A stretch of DNA of 64,000 bases, taken from the NCBI GenBank assembly GCA_037447605.1, contig CM074807.1, positions 806,001 to 870,000 of the forward strand. The letters run 5' to 3'. Origin of the DNA: Zygnema circumcarinatum SAG 698-1b (Eukaryota > Plantae > Zygnematophyceae). A model generated the notes under the pieces. It made no database searches, was not told where the DNA came from, and saw only the letters and a list, made by a program, of their open reading frames with translations. Of this stretch, positions 63,268 through 64,000 are shown one piece after another. Each line of letters begins with the position of its first letter. Within the stretch, counting starts at the first letter, position 1. The position numbers were made by a program, and so were the translations under genes.

Positions 63268-63607
63268 GATGATGCGTATAAGATTTCTCTGAAGAAATCA
63301 CTTCGTCAATCAATAGGTGTTGCAGATTTTCTTTAAGAGATCCAAGAAGCAAGGCGTGAAAATCAGTCGCCTGCTCCTCCAACACTGAAACTACAAACAA
63401 GCCGTCCCATGCGCCAGCGAAAAAGCGTGTTCACCCCCTTCCTCCCTATGTCTACTTAGATATCTCCCCCTCCCGCCCTCTCTCCCAGTCAGGGCTCCCC
63501 TTGTCAACCCTAACTCCCCCTCCCTTCCCTTCCCAGCCAGGCCCCCCCCCGCCCCGAAACGGCTCTCTTTTTATACTAGGGCTTGCCGCCCACTGGCGGC
63601 GCCGCAC

Positions 63608-63990
63608 TCCGTACACATTTCGTACGACAAACTGTACGAATCGTACAGCTCTTCAACCGCTTGTGGATGTACGGACAAAAAGCTGTACGGATTCCCGAGG
63701 ATTGCTCGGCCGGAACTGGCTGAGTCAAACGTGGACTGTCTGAGACAACTTTAAATGGGGTAGAACGCTCTGAATTCGAACACGAAAAATGTGACCCAAA
63801 AACAAATATCCCAAACTTGAACCTTGGTTCAGCCTCCCAGTAAAAATATCATGTACGGATAATTGCACTTTTGTACGGCCCGACGCTGGTAAACTGGTAC
63901 TGTACTGTACGGGATTTTTTTCCGTATGAAATTTTCGTACATAAAATCCGTACACATCATCGGCCCTGAACCCTACCAGCAGGTACCTTT
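63608..63990. promoter_or_regulatory. GTAC-dense cluster upstream of PPK1 (possible SBP/SPL sites, or transposon subterminal repeats)
   Basis: 14 GTAC cores counted in ~380 bp; seven are in a CCGTAC/GTACGG context. Confidence 0.4.
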
Positions 63991-64000
63991 TACCCGGCTC

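Overview
Eukaryotic, intron-rich nuclear DNA from a green plant. The gene set (plant-type F-box/Kelch, At5g03900-like protein, plastid G6PD, an MltB-type peptidoglycan lytic transglycosylase, and a bacterial-type PPK1 with a transit-peptide-like leader) best fits a streptophyte alga or early-diverging land plant; this is an inference. The window opens inside a 17-bp satellite (1-1480). About 2-22 kb is a mosaic zone: three F-box genes (the third at 23.6-24.8 kb) and an intact ataxin-3 gene (Josephin-UIM-UIM-UBX) are interspersed with orphaned, mostly 3'-terminal gene fragments (MltB, MoaD/CNX7, G6PD, BZW/5MP, a thioredoxin-fold exon). It also holds two local duplications from the ataxin-3 locus, one of which supplies the N-terminus of a chimeric UIM-F-box-Kelch gene. 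From 26 to 64 kb are apparently intact genes: At5g03900-like, At1g15800-like, an intronless methyltransferase-fold orphan, CDC20, NC2beta/Dr1, ANKRD39-like and a many-exon PPK1. Non-coding features include two MITEs, a 729-bp foldback element, a perfect (TTTTAAGG)13 telomere-like array, CATG-based microsatellites and GTAC-dense clusters. No rRNA, tRNA or CRISPR was recognised. Splice models and family calls were made by eye and from remembered motifs; no database searches were run.
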